Assembly: GCF_964355755.1 (NCBI RefSeq)
Contig: NC_092670.1
Span: 3,028,201 to 3,092,200, forward strand
DNA length: 64,000 nucleotides
Direction: 5' to 3'
DNA from: Antedon mediterranea
Lineage: Eukaryota > Animalia > Echinodermata
Shown: positions 13,302 through 27,482 of the stretch, in pieces
Numbering within the stretch: position 1 is the stretch's first letter
Layout of the letters: each line of letters begins with the position of its first letter
Program-made: the position numbers and the translations under genes
The notes under the pieces: generated by a model
The model's input: only the letters and a program-made list of their open reading frames with translations
Databases searched by the model: none
Told to the model about the DNA's origin: nothing

Positions 13302-14702
13302 TTAGGTTATATGCATTATCATGCATATAACCTCTTGATTCTGTCAGAATATTTATTTTTTCTTTCCTTAGCACTATTTTGTCCGTCAATTATCTTGATA
13401 TCAGTTTCATCTAGCTAAGTCAATTTTTCATAGTATATTCCTTATGGCCAGGAATCGATGTGGTTATGTTTTCACGGTGCGCTATTAAAAATTACGCGAT
13501 CTACGCACGATTTAGCGAAATCACGTTTGTAATCATATCTTGACAAGCATGAATCACTTTTAAACAAAATTTGGTACTCATAAATTTCAGGTCATATTCC
13601 ATCATATGGCAATATAATTATGCGTACATGCGTACGCGCGCTTACAATTTTCAAAATTGTCAAAATTTATTTTCGATGAAATTAGAGTACGTTTCAGGCA
13701 ATTTAAGCGTTAAAAAATTTGCCATGAGTGTGCACTGCGCGTTATACGTTAATGCGCACTCTTTTTGTCCGATTTCTGTTGTACAACCTTTCTTTAATAA
13801 TATTATATTTTATTCACTTTTTAACTCGAAATTGCGTTATACGAGCACGTCAAAAGTGACAGGCTACGCACGTGTAAGTTAACAAAATGGTGAAAATATG
13901 CTAAATTTTAAAATTTATATAGATCGTCAGAATGCTCGGGAACACCTATTTTTTATTTAATTTTCTTGAAGTGTATGTATCTTATGTATGATTTATTATT
14001 AAATTAAGAGAACAAAAGTTGATTAAGTCATCATTAATTGCATATTAAATTTAAAAAAATTAATTTCGACAATCAAACAAATTATAACATTTTCTTAGGC
14101 CAAAATAACAAACTTAATATTAACTTTCTTCCTTCAAAAGTTCATATATTAAAGTTAAAAGTATATAGTTTGACAGTGCATCATTTTTTTTACATTTTTA
14201 AAGATGTCATCATAGTAAAAATTATAATTCATTGCGGTATGTAACCAAAGTGGTTACTGCATAGTAAATACAAGAAGGAATTTTTTTACAACTTTTAGTC
14301 AGTTGTGTATGGCTCGGTGGTCTATGGCATTCAAGGTACCGAGATCGAGTCTCACCTTGGGAAACGAAATAAGATTTTTTTTATTATCCGTATTGTTTGT
14401 TTAAATTTATTTCTTAGTGTATAGATTATACATATGATTTATAATGAAATCTATATAAAAAGTAACTTATGTCTTTGTTATTATGTAACAACAAATGTGG
14501 TTTATGACATTATACGCAGAGGGATCTTTGATCGGATTGTGATACCGGCTATTGTATTCGCGTTAGCAAGGTCCTATCATATTATAAATAATTAAAGATT
14601 CTGATAAAATCAATCAATCAATATATCTTTTAAAAATCAATTATCTTTATTTAAATCAATGCATATAAGCTATAATTCGTCATAGTGACGAATTAAATCT
14701 AG
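13302..14702 (+). mobile_element. Non-autonomous Helentron/DINE-1-like element, copy B (inverted relative to copy A)
   Basis: TTAGGTTATATGCA...; ends GCATATAAGCTATAATTCGTCATAGTGACGAATTAAATCTAG|TTT. Colinear with the reverse complement of 11678-13136. Confidence 0.8.
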
Positions 14703-17306
14703 TTTATTTTATATATAATATTATCTATGCTAACTTTTCTGGCTGTTTACTTTATCGTTTTGATTTAGCTTTTCGCTTTTTATTTTCGTATGTCCATTGC
14801 GATCCAGCCACTGATACCCACAGCATTGTCATTTTTTTCAGTAATTTGCCTTTTGATTTATATATTTAACATTGGAATAAATTATTAAATTTCCACCTTT
14901 AAAATATAAAACAAACTTGTTGGAATTTACCTACTCCCTTCATCATGGACATCTTTAAACACTGTGTACAACCACTAATAGCTCATTTAATTAAGTATTT
15001 AAATATATTTGTTATAGATCTATTCTTATGATAGGTCTACATCAATCATTGTTTTGAATAAAAAGAAAATAGACTTCCTTGTATAAATTTATATCAAGTA
15101 GAAGACGTCATGACACCAGAAACAGTGCACCCATATTAAGTAACTATTAAAAAAAGAACATTTTATTACTAACCTTAATTTCTTTGTAGTATTATAGAGA
15201 AAAATATTACCTGTTTCTTCCTAATGTAAAAATCTTACACTATAACACAGGTCAGTCATATACATTAAGGTAATATAAGGTGTGGCTGCAGACAGTGCAT
15301 ATGGATTTTATTAAAAATGATGCCTAAAATTACTCAGCCATGAACTTAGTTATAATAACAATACAATTGCTGTTTATACAATTTCTATTGGACCCTGCAA
15401 TTATGAAACGCTAGAGAAGTATTAATTTATAATAAATCTACTGCTGAAATAAAAACTAAATTTAATCAAATGACAACAGTTTTGTTTTTTAATGTTTCCT
15501 TAGTTTATGCTATCAGTCTATCATGTCTAAATTAGAAAGAACAAGTTATGGCATCCATGAATGACGTTCTTTACAATGCAAGCTTTTATAACTGTACAAA
15601 TAACGTAGTCATTGGTTACAAGCATTTGATATTAATTGTTATTGTTAATAATAGAACCATCCAAGCAATGTTATATCATGGACCTGGTTATATGAACAAA
15701 TAACAAGTATGAAACACCAAAGAATTAAACAGAATTGATTACAAGCACACTTTTAAACCATGGACCTATAAATTATAGGTCCATGGTTTAACTTTGTACT
15801 AAAAATCTAAAAAGTATATGTATTTATGAGGAGTAAAAGTAATGTTCCCCAAAAGTTTGCTATCATTTGTTTATTTATGATTTAGTTCTTGATCAATAAA
15901 CTCAGTGGTATGAACAGTGCTTTATGCTATCATTCTAAATTAAGAGATTAACAGTTATGGTATCTAGGTACAACCAATGCATATGAATGATGCGTTCTAT
16001 CTATTGATATCAATTGTATTGTTAATAATAGAATGATTCTAGCAATGTTTTATGAACAAAGAACAAGTATGAAACGCCAAAGAATTAAAAAGAATTTATT
16101 TACAAGCACACTGTTAACTGTGTACTAAAAATCAAGTATGTTTTTTTATGAAGAGTAATAAAAAACAAGCCCCAAAAGTTTGGTATCAGTTCATTTATTG
16201 TTAGTTCTTGATAATTAAACCTTGGTATGATCAATATGCTTTATTAATCAGGCCGCTCCTGTTTAACAAAGTGAATTCATTTTTTCTACCATTCCATATA
16301 ATACAAAGTTTTCCCAAACTAGCTGAATTATTGAAAGTTGAATGATAATTTTAATTATAGGTTATACAGTTTGAAATAGAACATTATTTTTTTTAGTACA
16401 AGTTTGGGCTGTATTAAAAAATAAAATTGTGCCACTCAGAATTGAGTGAATTGTTTTATTTTTTTTATTCTTATTCACATCTCAAATGTGCAATAAAAAT
16501 GTACTGATTTTGCTAAGTTGTACTTAATTAGGTTTGACTAATCAATCAGGGATTTTTTTTCAAACAATGTCCATTTTTCAATGTGTGCATTTTTTGGTAT
16601 TGAGGTTTTTAATTTTCTACAAATTGTCTTCAGTTTTTGGTATTGAGGTGTTTTTTGTGTAAATTTTCCGTTTTTTAAAACTCTATATGACTTATTTGTG
16701 TAAAACAAGTGCCTTTGTTTGGGACTTTAAACATTTTATGTCAGTGACTAGTTTTCCTAATTATTAGTAGTAAAAATAGCACCAATCAAAATTCATTGCA
16801 CATGCTTTCTTGTATCATGGAGGAAATATATATTTCTTCCATGCTTGTACTCAGATTTTTTCCTTTTGTTGTACCATATATTTGTTTAATACCTGTTTGA
16901 TTACAGTATACTGTTTAGAATAGGTATTGTGGTACAGGAGACATGCATAGTTGGTGATATTGTGTTCTTTCAACTATTTAACAAAAGTGTGTAAAATCGT
17001 ACGATGCTTGAAATCCATTATGGTTATAATGGGTTTTGCTTTCTTACTTTCAACTCAACTATGAAAGCAAATAACTTGTATGAAACGCCAAAGAATTACA
17101 AGCCAACTTTAGAACTATCCTAAAAATATTGTTTTTGTGTGGAATTAAAACTCTGTTTTAAATCAATCAGAGCAATCTGTTTTAATAAAGTTAAATTGTA
17201 TAATTATTTTGAATAGAAACCTTTTATTTTCAGTAAATGTCTCTATTTTATCATTGATCAAAAAACAGTTGAGTTTTGGTACTGTAGAATTATATTATAT
17301 GTAATA

Positions 17307-19600
17307 GATAACCCATTTGTATGTGAGTTGCAATAGTGACATTTGAGATTGACATGATAACCCATATGTATGTGAGATGCAATAGTGACATTATAGATTG
17401 ACATGATAACCCATTTGTATGTGAGATGCAATAGTGACATTAGAGATTGACATGATAACCCATTTGTATGTGAGATGCAATAGTGACATTATAGATTGAC
17501 ATGATAACCCATTTGTATGTGAGATGCAATAGTGACATTAAAGATTGACATGATAACCCATTTGTATGTGAGATGCAATAGTGACATTATAGATTGACAT
17601 GATAACCCATTTGTATGTGAGATGCAATAGTGACATTATCGATTGACATGATAACCCATTTGTATGTGAGATGCAATAGTGACATTATAGATTGACATGA
17701 TAACCCATTTGTATGTGAGATGCAATAGTGACATTTGAGATTGACATGATATCCCATTTGTATGTGAGATGCAATAGTGACATTAGAGATTGACGTGATA
17801 ACCCATTTGTATGTGAGATGCAATAGTGACATTATAGATTGACATGATAACCCATTTGTATGTGAGATGCAATAGTGACATTATAGATTGACATGATAAC
17901 CCATTTGTATGTGAGATGCAATAGTGACATTATAGATTGACATGATAACCCATTTGTATGTGAGATGCAATAGTGACATTATAGATTGACATGATAACCC
18001 ATTTGTATGTGAGATGCAATAGTGACATTATAGATTGACATGATAACCCATTTGTATGTGAGATGCAATAGTGACATTATAGATTGACATGATAACCCAT
18101 TTGTATGTGAGATGCAATAGTGACATTATAGATTGACATGATAACCCATTTGTATATGAGATGCAATAGTGACATTATAGATTGACATGATAACCCATTT
18201 GTATGTGAGATGCAATAGTGACATTATAGATTGACATGATAACCCATTTGTATATGAGATGCAATAGTGACATTAGAGATTGACATGATAACCCATTTGT
18301 ATGTGAGATGCAATAGTGACATTATAGATTGACATGATAACCCATTTGTATGTGAGATGCAATAGTGACATTATAGATTGACATGATAACCCATTTGTAT
18401 GTGAGATGCAATAGTGACATTATAGATTGACATGATAACCCATTTGTATGTGAGATGCAATAGTGACATTATAGATTGACATGATAACCCATTTGTATGT
18501 GAGATGCAATAGTGACATTATAGATTGACATGATAACCCATTTGTATATGAGATGCAATAGTGACATTAGAGATTGACATGATAACCCATTTGTATGTGA
18601 GATGCAATAGTGACATTATAGATTGACATGATAACCCATTTGTATGTGAGATGCAATAGTGACATTATAGATTGACATGATAACCCATTTGTATGTGAGA
18701 TGCAATAGTGACATTATAGATTGACATAACCCATTTGTATGTGAGATGCAATAGTGACATTATAGATTGACATAACCCATTTGTATGTGAGATGCAATAG
18801 TGACATTATAGATTGACATAACCCATTTGTATGTGAGATGCAATAGTGACATTATAGATTGACATAACCCATTTGTATGTGAGATGCAATAGTGACATTA
18901 TAGATTGACATGATAACCCATTTGTATGTGAGATGCAATAGTGACATTATAGATTGACATGATAACCCATTTGTATATGAGATGCAATAGTGACATTAGA
19001 GATTGACATGATAACCCATTTGTATGTGAGATGCAATAGTGACATTATAGATTGACATGATAACCCATTTGTATGTGAGATGCAATAGTGACATTATAGA
19101 TTGACATGATAACCCATTTGTATGTGAGATGCAATAGTGACATTGTAGATTGACATGATAACCCATTTGTATGTGAGATGCAATAGTGACATTATAGATT
19201 GACATGATAACCCATTTGTATGTGAAATGCAATAGTGACATTATAGATTGACATGATAACCCATTTGTATGTGAGATGCAATAGTGACATTTGAGATTGA
19301 CATGATAACCCATTTGTATGTGAGATGCAATAGTGACATTATAGATTGACATGATAACCCATTTGTATGTGAGATGCAATAGTGACATTATAGATTGACA
19401 TGATAACCCATTTGTATGTGAGATGCAATAGTGACATTATAGATTGACATGATAACCCATTTGTATGTGAGATGCAATAGTGACATTATAGATTGACATG
19501 ATAACCCATTTGTATGTGAGATGCAATAGTGACATTAGAGATTGACATGATAACCCATTTGTATGTGAGATGCAATAGTGACATTATAGATTGACATGAT
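17307..19600. repeat. 49-bp minisatellite, about 47 copies
   Basis: Unit ATTATAGATTGACATGATAACCCATTTGTATGTGAGATGCAATAGTGAC, nearly invariant. Four adjacent units at about 18720-18870 share a 3-bp deletion. Confidence 0.95.
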
Positions 19601-22357
19601 TACCTACAATTCAAGGAATCTACATAAATCTACTGTACATATATAAAAGAGATTTTATAAAATAGGCCTAATTTAATTTCTTAATTTAGTAACTTGATTA
19701 TTAACTATTTCTAATGATATAATGTTCTATTAGGTACTGTTCAAATCATTTTAAAAATTCAATTTTTGGGATATTTTTTGGTTTTTTAATATTATGCTTC
19801 TTTATGAGATGTACAGTATGCAACGTTATTCCACATAGAGGAAATAAAGGAAGGAAATAATTGAGCATAATAAACCACCAATAGCTGATTATGGAAATAC
19901 CCAGCTTCCTCTACCTATTTCTTGTTAAGAGTGAAAAAAAGAAAACAATAACAAAGCTAACAGAAAGATTTTGGGGGTGGGGGTGGGGTTTGATAGAGGG
20001 CGAGCCCACTAATAGTAAAAAAAACTTTAGTAATACAGAGGGGTAAAGTATAGTGGGAGGAATTGAGGTCAACCTTACAAAATTAAAAATTATTGTATGA
20101 AAATTCTTTTAAACAGCATCAATCTGTGTTCAGTCAGCCGGCTCCAACCATGATTGGGGCTGAGGTAGATGGAGATGTAGGTTTTAAAAAAAAACATTTG
20201 TACACAAAACGTTCTAGTGTCTGATGGCGATTTCCGGGCATCTAGCTATTCCTACAAATTTACACACTTTTAGCACTGATTTAGACCAGGGTGTGAAAGT
20301 TCTGCCCTTTTTTGTTGCTGTTAATTAAGGTCAATGTGTCTAGATATGCAAGTTGTCTGTATGCGTACAGCAAAGCTTCTGTGTGCACAATTATCATAGT
20401 ACGTGCAATGGTTTAAAAGTGTGCATGTAACAGTTTGTCTTTAGTGTCAGGAGAGTGAATTCATCAATGATTATTAGATTAATTGCAACAAATGCTATTT
20501 GTACACCTTCTGCCTTCATCAAGTTATTATGTAAAGTTATTTTCAACAGCGCCACCAATGATTTGTAAGATATAGTAAGTTTGTGTTGTATCTTCTAGTT
20601 GTGTTCCCTTTCAATGTTTGTTTATTTGTATTTTACATCCTTCTATGCATTGATAAATAAATGTTGTACAGCTAGCTTCTGTGTGCACAATTATCATAGT
20701 GCAATGGTTTAAGAGTGTACATGTAAAAGTTTGTCTTAGTGTCAGAAGAGTGAATGCATCAATGATTATTAGATTAATTGCAAAGTAATTGCAAATAATT
20801 ATTAACTTTATAAAGTTATTTTCAACAGCGCCACCAATGATTTGAAATATATTAATAGTAGCTTTAATAAGATGATGTATCTTCTAGTTATGTTCCCTTT
20901 CAATGTTTGTTTATCTGTTATGTATTTTGCATCCTTCTATGCTTGATAAATAAATGTCAACTCACATAAATAGATGTAAAAGTTGATAAGCAGAGAATTC
21001 AAGCATATCTATTAAATTATGAAATATATTAGATATAAAAGAAGAAGAATTAATGACAATTAAAAAAAAACACTGTAAATATACATTCAACCATTCATTG
21101 TCAATATTGTCATAGTTATCAGATGTGATTATTGATTAATTTGTGAGTTTTCATAATGATAACAAGTGGCCTCAATATTTGCATAATATATCTTGTAAAT
21201 GAGTTTATACAATCGATATAATATATACATAATCAGTGTAGTTTTCTCATCTCATCTAAAACCACAGGAATGTTCTTCACAGAAATGTTTTTAAAACCGC
21301 TTCGAAATAAAGCACAATAAGTATCAAAATTGTATTTTGGTTGTCAAAATTCAATACAAACTTTTTGGGTGGCCGCTTTGTGGAGGTAATTTACCATACA
21401 AAAAATCTAATTTTTAGTAAAAATAAGTGGCTGTGGCCGTTTACGAGAGGTTCAACTGTATTTAATTAATATTTAATAATTAATTTTTTATAACTGTAAA
21501 ACTATCAATTAATTTCTTAGCTTCCATGGTTGCATACAATTTACTGTATTTTTTAGTTATATAATGATATGTCATACAAACCGTGATAAAACATAAGCAA
21601 AATGTATTCATTTTTTCACTTTTATTTACAAAAATATAACTTTGTTATCCTTATTTATTTATAGCCAATCAAATTTACAAATACACAAAAAAAAACCATT
21701 AAATTAACAAAAAAGGAAATACAAAAATAAGACTTGACATAATAAACAAAATCAAATATGTAGAATACAAATATATATATATTGTAACATGTAGAGCAGT
21801 TGAGTGTACTTTGGTTCAAAACCATAAACTATGACCCAATTTAAACATACTGACAAGATGGTAAATCTTGATGCAATAATCTACAATACAATAAGTAGGC
21901 AACCAATGTATATTTGTTTTTATATTATGGATCAAACATTTAAACACACCTACTGTTCTAAAGTAAACTTTTATTTAATTTATCCGTCACTTCCAATTTG
22001 AATCGAATGTCAAAATAAGGCTCTAGTCTAAGAATGTGGTGCTCGGATTTTTGCAGCTAAGCAAAACAAATGGCGCACTCTACTGGTTGGTTTTCAATTA
22101 CATAAAAAGCTGAATGTGCAGTAGTAGTTATGTCACGTCATTTATAAATAGTATTTACTATTTGATAAACAATAATCCAAAATAAATATGTCATGTGAAA
22201 CTTATAACTTAACATACCAATGGTTCAGTGATGTTTTCTCACTCATACAAATGGTTGAACCAATTCTCAAAAAAAAAAATGCCCTATTTCCCCAGCCTAC
22301 AGTTACTCGCTGCGCTCGCAAAACCCCACTCTGATGCATTCTGGCTACGGGCCTGTT

Positions 22358-25300
22358 GGACCCCTACATTTAACACATTCAGAATAGGTGGTTACTAGAA
22401 CATAAGATAAGATCTAACTTAGGTCAATGAGGTGAGACCCCTACATTTAACACATTCAGAATAGGTGGGTACTAGAACATAAGATAAGATCTAACTTGGG
22501 TCACTGAGGTGGGACCCCTACATTTAACACATTCAGAATAGGTGGGTACTAGAACATAAGATAAGATCTAACTTGGGTCACTGAGGTTGGACCCCTACAT
22601 TTAACACATTCAGACTAGGTGGGTACTAGAACATAAGATAAGATCTAACTTGGGTCACTGAGGTAGGACCCATACATTTAACACATTCAGACTAGGTGGG
22701 TACTAGAACATAAGATAAGATCTAACTTAGGTCAATGAGGTGGGACCCCTACATTTAACACATTCAGACTAGGTGGGTACTAGAAGATAAGATAAGATCT
22801 AACTTGGGTCACTGAGGTGGGACCCCTACATTTAACACATTCAGACTAGGTGGGTACTAGAACATAAGATAAGATCTAACTTGGGTCACTGAGGTGGGAC
22901 CCCTACATTTAACACATTCAGACTAGGTGGGTACTAGACCATAAGAAAAGATCTAACTTGGGTCACTGAGGTCGGACCCCTACATTTAACACATTCTGAC
23001 TAGGTGGGTACTAGAACATAAGATAAGATCTAACTTGGGTCACTGAGGTGGGACCCCTACTACATTTAACACATTCAGACTAGGTGGGTACTAGAACATA
23101 AGATAAGATCTAACTTGGGTCACTGAGGTCAGACCCCCTACATTATTTAACACATTCAGACTAGGTGGGTACTAGACCATAAGATAAGATCTAACTTGGG
23201 TCACTGAGGTTGGACCCCTACATTTAACACATTCAGACTAGGTGGGTACTAGAACATAAGATAAGATATAACTTGGGTCACTGAGGTGAGACCCCTACAT
23301 TTAACACATTCAGACTAGGTGGGTACTAAAACATAAGATAAGATCTAACTTGGGTCACTGAGGTTGGACCCCTACATTTAACACATTCAGACTAGGTGGG
23401 TACTAGAACATAAGATAGGATATAACTTGGGTCACTGAGGGTGACCCCTACATTTAACACATTCAGACTAGGTGGGTACTAAAACATAAGATAAGATCTA
23501 ACTTGGGTCACTGAGGTGGGACCCCTACATTTAACACATTCAGACTAGGTGGGTACTAGAACATAAGATAAGATCTAACTTGGGTCACTGAGGTTGGACC
23601 CCTACATTTAACACATTCAGACTAGGTGGGTACTAAAACATAAGATAAGATCTAACTTGGGTCACTGAGGTTGGACCCCTACATTTAACACATTCAGACT
23701 AGGTGGGTACTACAACATAAGATAAGATCTAACTTGGGTCACTGAGGTCAGACCCCCTACATTTAACACATTCAGACTAGGTGGGTACTAGACCATAAGA
23801 TAAGATCTAACTTGGGTCACTGAGGTGGGACCCCTACATTTAACACATTCAGACTAGGTGGGTACTAGACCATAAGATAAGATCTAACTTAGGTCACACC
23901 CCCTACATTTAACACATTCAGACTAGGTGGGTACTAGACCATAAGATAAGATTTAACTTGGGTCACTGAGGTAGGACCCCTACATTTAACAAATTCAGAC
24001 TGGTGGGTACTAAAACATAAGATAAGATCTAACTTGGGTCACTGAGGTTGGACCCCTACATTTAACACTCTTTTATTCATATGCTACATGAATGACATCC
24101 CAATTAGTGTAAATTGCAATATTATGTTATATGCTGATGATACAATATTGTTGTCTTCTGGTAATGATATTAGACAAATAGCTAATGATTTAAGTTCAAA
24201 CCTGGAATCATGTAACAACTGGCTTATAAACAACAAACTATCATTACATCCTGATAAAACTGAATCAATATTGTTTGGTACTAAAAGAAAACTTAAGAAT
24301 GTTCATGATTTTGCTGTTATGTTTAAAAATAAGTTGATATGTAAGAAGAATATGATCTCATATCTTGGTTGTTTGCTTGATGAAGACCTGTCTGGAGAAT
24401 CTATGGTTCAAAAAGTTCTTAGTAAGACTAATTCAAGACTTAAATTTTTGTATAGACATTCTGCATGTCTAAATTTCTTTTCTCGTAAAATTCTATGTTC
24501 GGCACTGATTACTTGTCACTTTGACTATGCATGTTGCTCCTGGTTTTCCGGTGTTTCTAAAAAACTTAAACAAAGACTCCAAACCAGTCAAAATAAAGTT
24601 GCTAGGTTTATATTAAATAAAAATAATCGTGCACATATTGGTAAAGACGAACTGAACCAAATCGGTCAATTATGTCTAGAGGATAGAATTTGCCAACTCA
24701 AACTTAATCATGTTCATAAGATTTTTTATGGAAAATCAGTACCTTATTTGACTGAAAAGTTTCAAAGAGTTTCATCTAACCACCATTATATGACTAGAAG
24801 TAGTGTCAATGGTTTTTCAGTTCCTAAATCTGATAGTCAGATATCTAAAACGTTTTATTATACAGGCATAAAGGCATGGAATAACCTACCTCATTCCATT
24901 CAACAAATAGAAAACAAATTTAATTTTAAGAAAAATGTTAAATCACATTTCTGTTCTACCAAATAATTTTATAAGTCAATCATAATCTTTAATTTAACTT
25001 GTTTTTTATATTATTGTTTTTGTAATATTTACGTGTTTAATGCAATACTTTGTAATGTTTATATTTTTTATTGATTGTAAAAGGATCCCAATGGAAATAA
25101 GCTGATAAGCTTTTTGGGCTATCCTGGAAAGTCTTTTATAAATGTATTATTTGTAATGTCCGTAATTTATGTTATCACTTTGTATGTATTTTTTATGATG
25201 ATTTTCCAAATAAATTCAAATCAAATCAAATCAACACATTCAGACTAGGTGGGTACTAGAACATAAGATAAGATCTAACTTGGGTCACTGAGGTGAGACC

Positions 25301-25410
25301 CCTACATTTAACACATTTAGACTAGGTGGGTACTAAAACATAAGATAAGATCTAACTTAATGCGTCACTGAGGTCGGACCCCTACATTTAACACATTCAG
25401 ACTGGTGGTG
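22358..25410. repeat. 77-bp minisatellite (about 22 + 2 copies) interrupted by a LINE
   Basis: Unit GGACCCCTACATTTAACACATTCAGACTAGGTGGGTACTAGAACATAAGATAAGATCTAACTTGGGTCACTGAGGTG; resumes in register at 25233. Confidence 0.95.
24069..25232 (+). mobile_element. 5'-truncated LINE (CR1/L2 group) with uninterrupted RT C-terminal ORF 24088-24966
   Basis: LLFICYMND...LYADDT...NKLSLHPDKT...YLGCLLD RT motifs, 3' UTR, (AATCA)n tail, apparent TSD AACAC (24064-24068 and 25233-25237). Confidence 0.9.
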
Positions 25411-25494
25411 ATACTATAGCAACATATGAAACCTAACACACATACCTAACGAAGTAAAGTCCTATTTCTGTCCTAGTGTAATTAGGATAACGTA

Positions 25495-26640
25495 TCTCAA
25501 CGTATCGGTTTCTATTCTAGTCTTTTTCTAGCCTAGAATAACGGCTTGAAACGTATCTCTTATTTTCTATTTTAGGGAACATCCTAAAATAACGGCTTAA
25601 AACCTATCTCTTATTTTCTATTTTAGGGAACATCCTAAAATATCGATTGTCAACGAATCACTGATAGCAAAGCCTGTACTAATTCACGTATTTCACTGGC
25701 GTGATAACAGAGTACGACACTTAGCTTCATTATCTTTGTTTTCTTAGTAGTTCAACTGAGGAATTCTAAGAGCGTTTCAGTTTCTATTCTAGTCAGTCTT
25801 CTTCTAGCCTAGAATAATGGCTTGAAACGTATCTATTAATTTCTATTTTAGGGACACCCTAAAATATCGGTTTTCAACGAATCACTGATGGCAAAACCTG
25901 TACTAATTCACGTATTTCACTAGCGTGATAACAGAGTACGACACTTAGCTTTGTTATCTTTGTTTCTTAGAAGTTCAACTCAGGAATTCTAGGAACATAT
26001 CGGTTTCTATTCTAGTAAGTCTTTTTCTAGCCTAGAATAACGGTTTGAAACGTATCTCTTAATTTCTATTTTAGGGAACACCCTAAAATATCGATTTTCA
26101 ACGAATCACTGATAGCAAAGCCTGTACTAATTCATGTATTTCACTAGTGTGATAACAGAGTACGACACTTAGATTTGTTATCTTTGTTTCTTAGTAGTTC
26201 AACTGACGAATTCTATGAACGTATCGGTTTCTATTCTAGTTAGTCTTTTCCTAGAATAACGGCTTGAAACGTATCTATTAATTTCTATTTTAGGGACACC
26301 CTAAAATATCGATTTTCAACGAATCACTGATAGCAAAGCCTGTACTAATTCACATATTTCATTAGTGTGATTAAGAGTACGGCACTTAGGTTTGTTATCT
26401 TTGTTTTCTTAGTAGTTTAACTTAGGAATTCTAAGAATGTATCGGTTTCTAGTTAGTCTTCTTCTAGCCTAGAATTAACGGCTTGAAACGTATCTCTTAT
26501 TTTCTATTTTAGGGAACACCCTAAAATTTCGATTTTCAAGAATCACTGATAGCAAAACTTTACTAATTCACGTATTTTACTAGCGTGATAACAGGGTATG
26601 GCACTTCGCTTCATTATCTTTTTTTTTCCACTCAGGAATT
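25495..26640. repeat. About 222-bp tandem repeat, 5 copies
   Basis: Recurrent GTTTCTATTCTAG...CTAGAATAACGGCTTGAAACGTATCT...GAATCACTGATAGCAAAGCCTGTACTAATTCAC...GGAATTCT at about 25508, 25780, 26003, 26227 and 26445. Confidence 0.9.
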
Positions 26641-27482
26641 CTTCAGTTCATTTCTTGTTGACGTACACACACAAGGCGTTAAAACAAACGACAACGATCT
26701 GTAATAATTAATAAAAATTAATCTGTTAAGTGATAAACATATTTGACTACTATTAAATGCTTTTAAAATGATAGGTTGGGTTCATTGCCTCAACACCATT
26801 AAATACCTGCAGCACTCACAATGAATGAATGAAGTATGGCACAAATATTCATTGTTGCCATGCTTTAAAGTTGAAAATAACAATGACAGAAATAAAATGT
26901 ATTTAAATAGAATCATCATGGCAGTAAAGAAAAGAAAAAAAGACATCCTTCCTTTAGGACTTGATGGTTCAGCTTTTCTTTTTGATCGTCTACCTGTGAA
27001 GGAAATGTTTTAAACAGTGGTTCTCAAATTAATATCATTACAAATTGTTTCCAGACGTTGTGTTTACCTATCTCACGTGTGATATACTTTAAAACTACAA
27101 ATTGCCATTTGTTTTCTTCTTTCTAATCCGTAGGAATACTTTATTTATTTTTCATGAACCCCAAGATATTTGTGTACTATGATTATTGATCAGTAAGAAG
27201 CAAATATAAAATATTAAAGCCATTTTTGCTGTAATTTTTGACGTTTTGTAAAAATAATGCATATAAATTACTTAAAAATCATTAAACCATGTCAATTCTT
27301 GTGTTAAATGTAAATTATAATATGGTTAATTATTATATATATATATATATATGATATTTTCAGTATTATTGATTGTTAATGCACAATTGGATAAGGATAA
27401 AGCAGGCCTACATGATGTAAAATAATTTAAACTGTAACTAGAAACTTTGTGTGAGTTGGACAAAAATACACAATCAACTAAC

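Noticed and set aside
17307-19600. 49-bp array as a CRISPR array, or as coding ORFs (MSLLHLTYKWV repeats)
   Set aside because: Units are contiguous with no unique spacers, no cas genes are present, and the context is eukaryotic. The ORFs are by-products of a unit length not divisible by three.
22358-24068. 77-bp array next to a reverse transcriptase as a CRISPR/RT, retron or DGR-like system
   Set aside because: No spacers or variable region. The RT is a 5'-truncated LINE with tail and TSD that simply inserted into the satellite.
26950-26993. Further exon GRRSKRKAEPSSPK of the ZU5-DED gene
   Set aside because: Good acceptor and frame but no canonical GT donor at the expected position; left out of the gene model pending transcript data.
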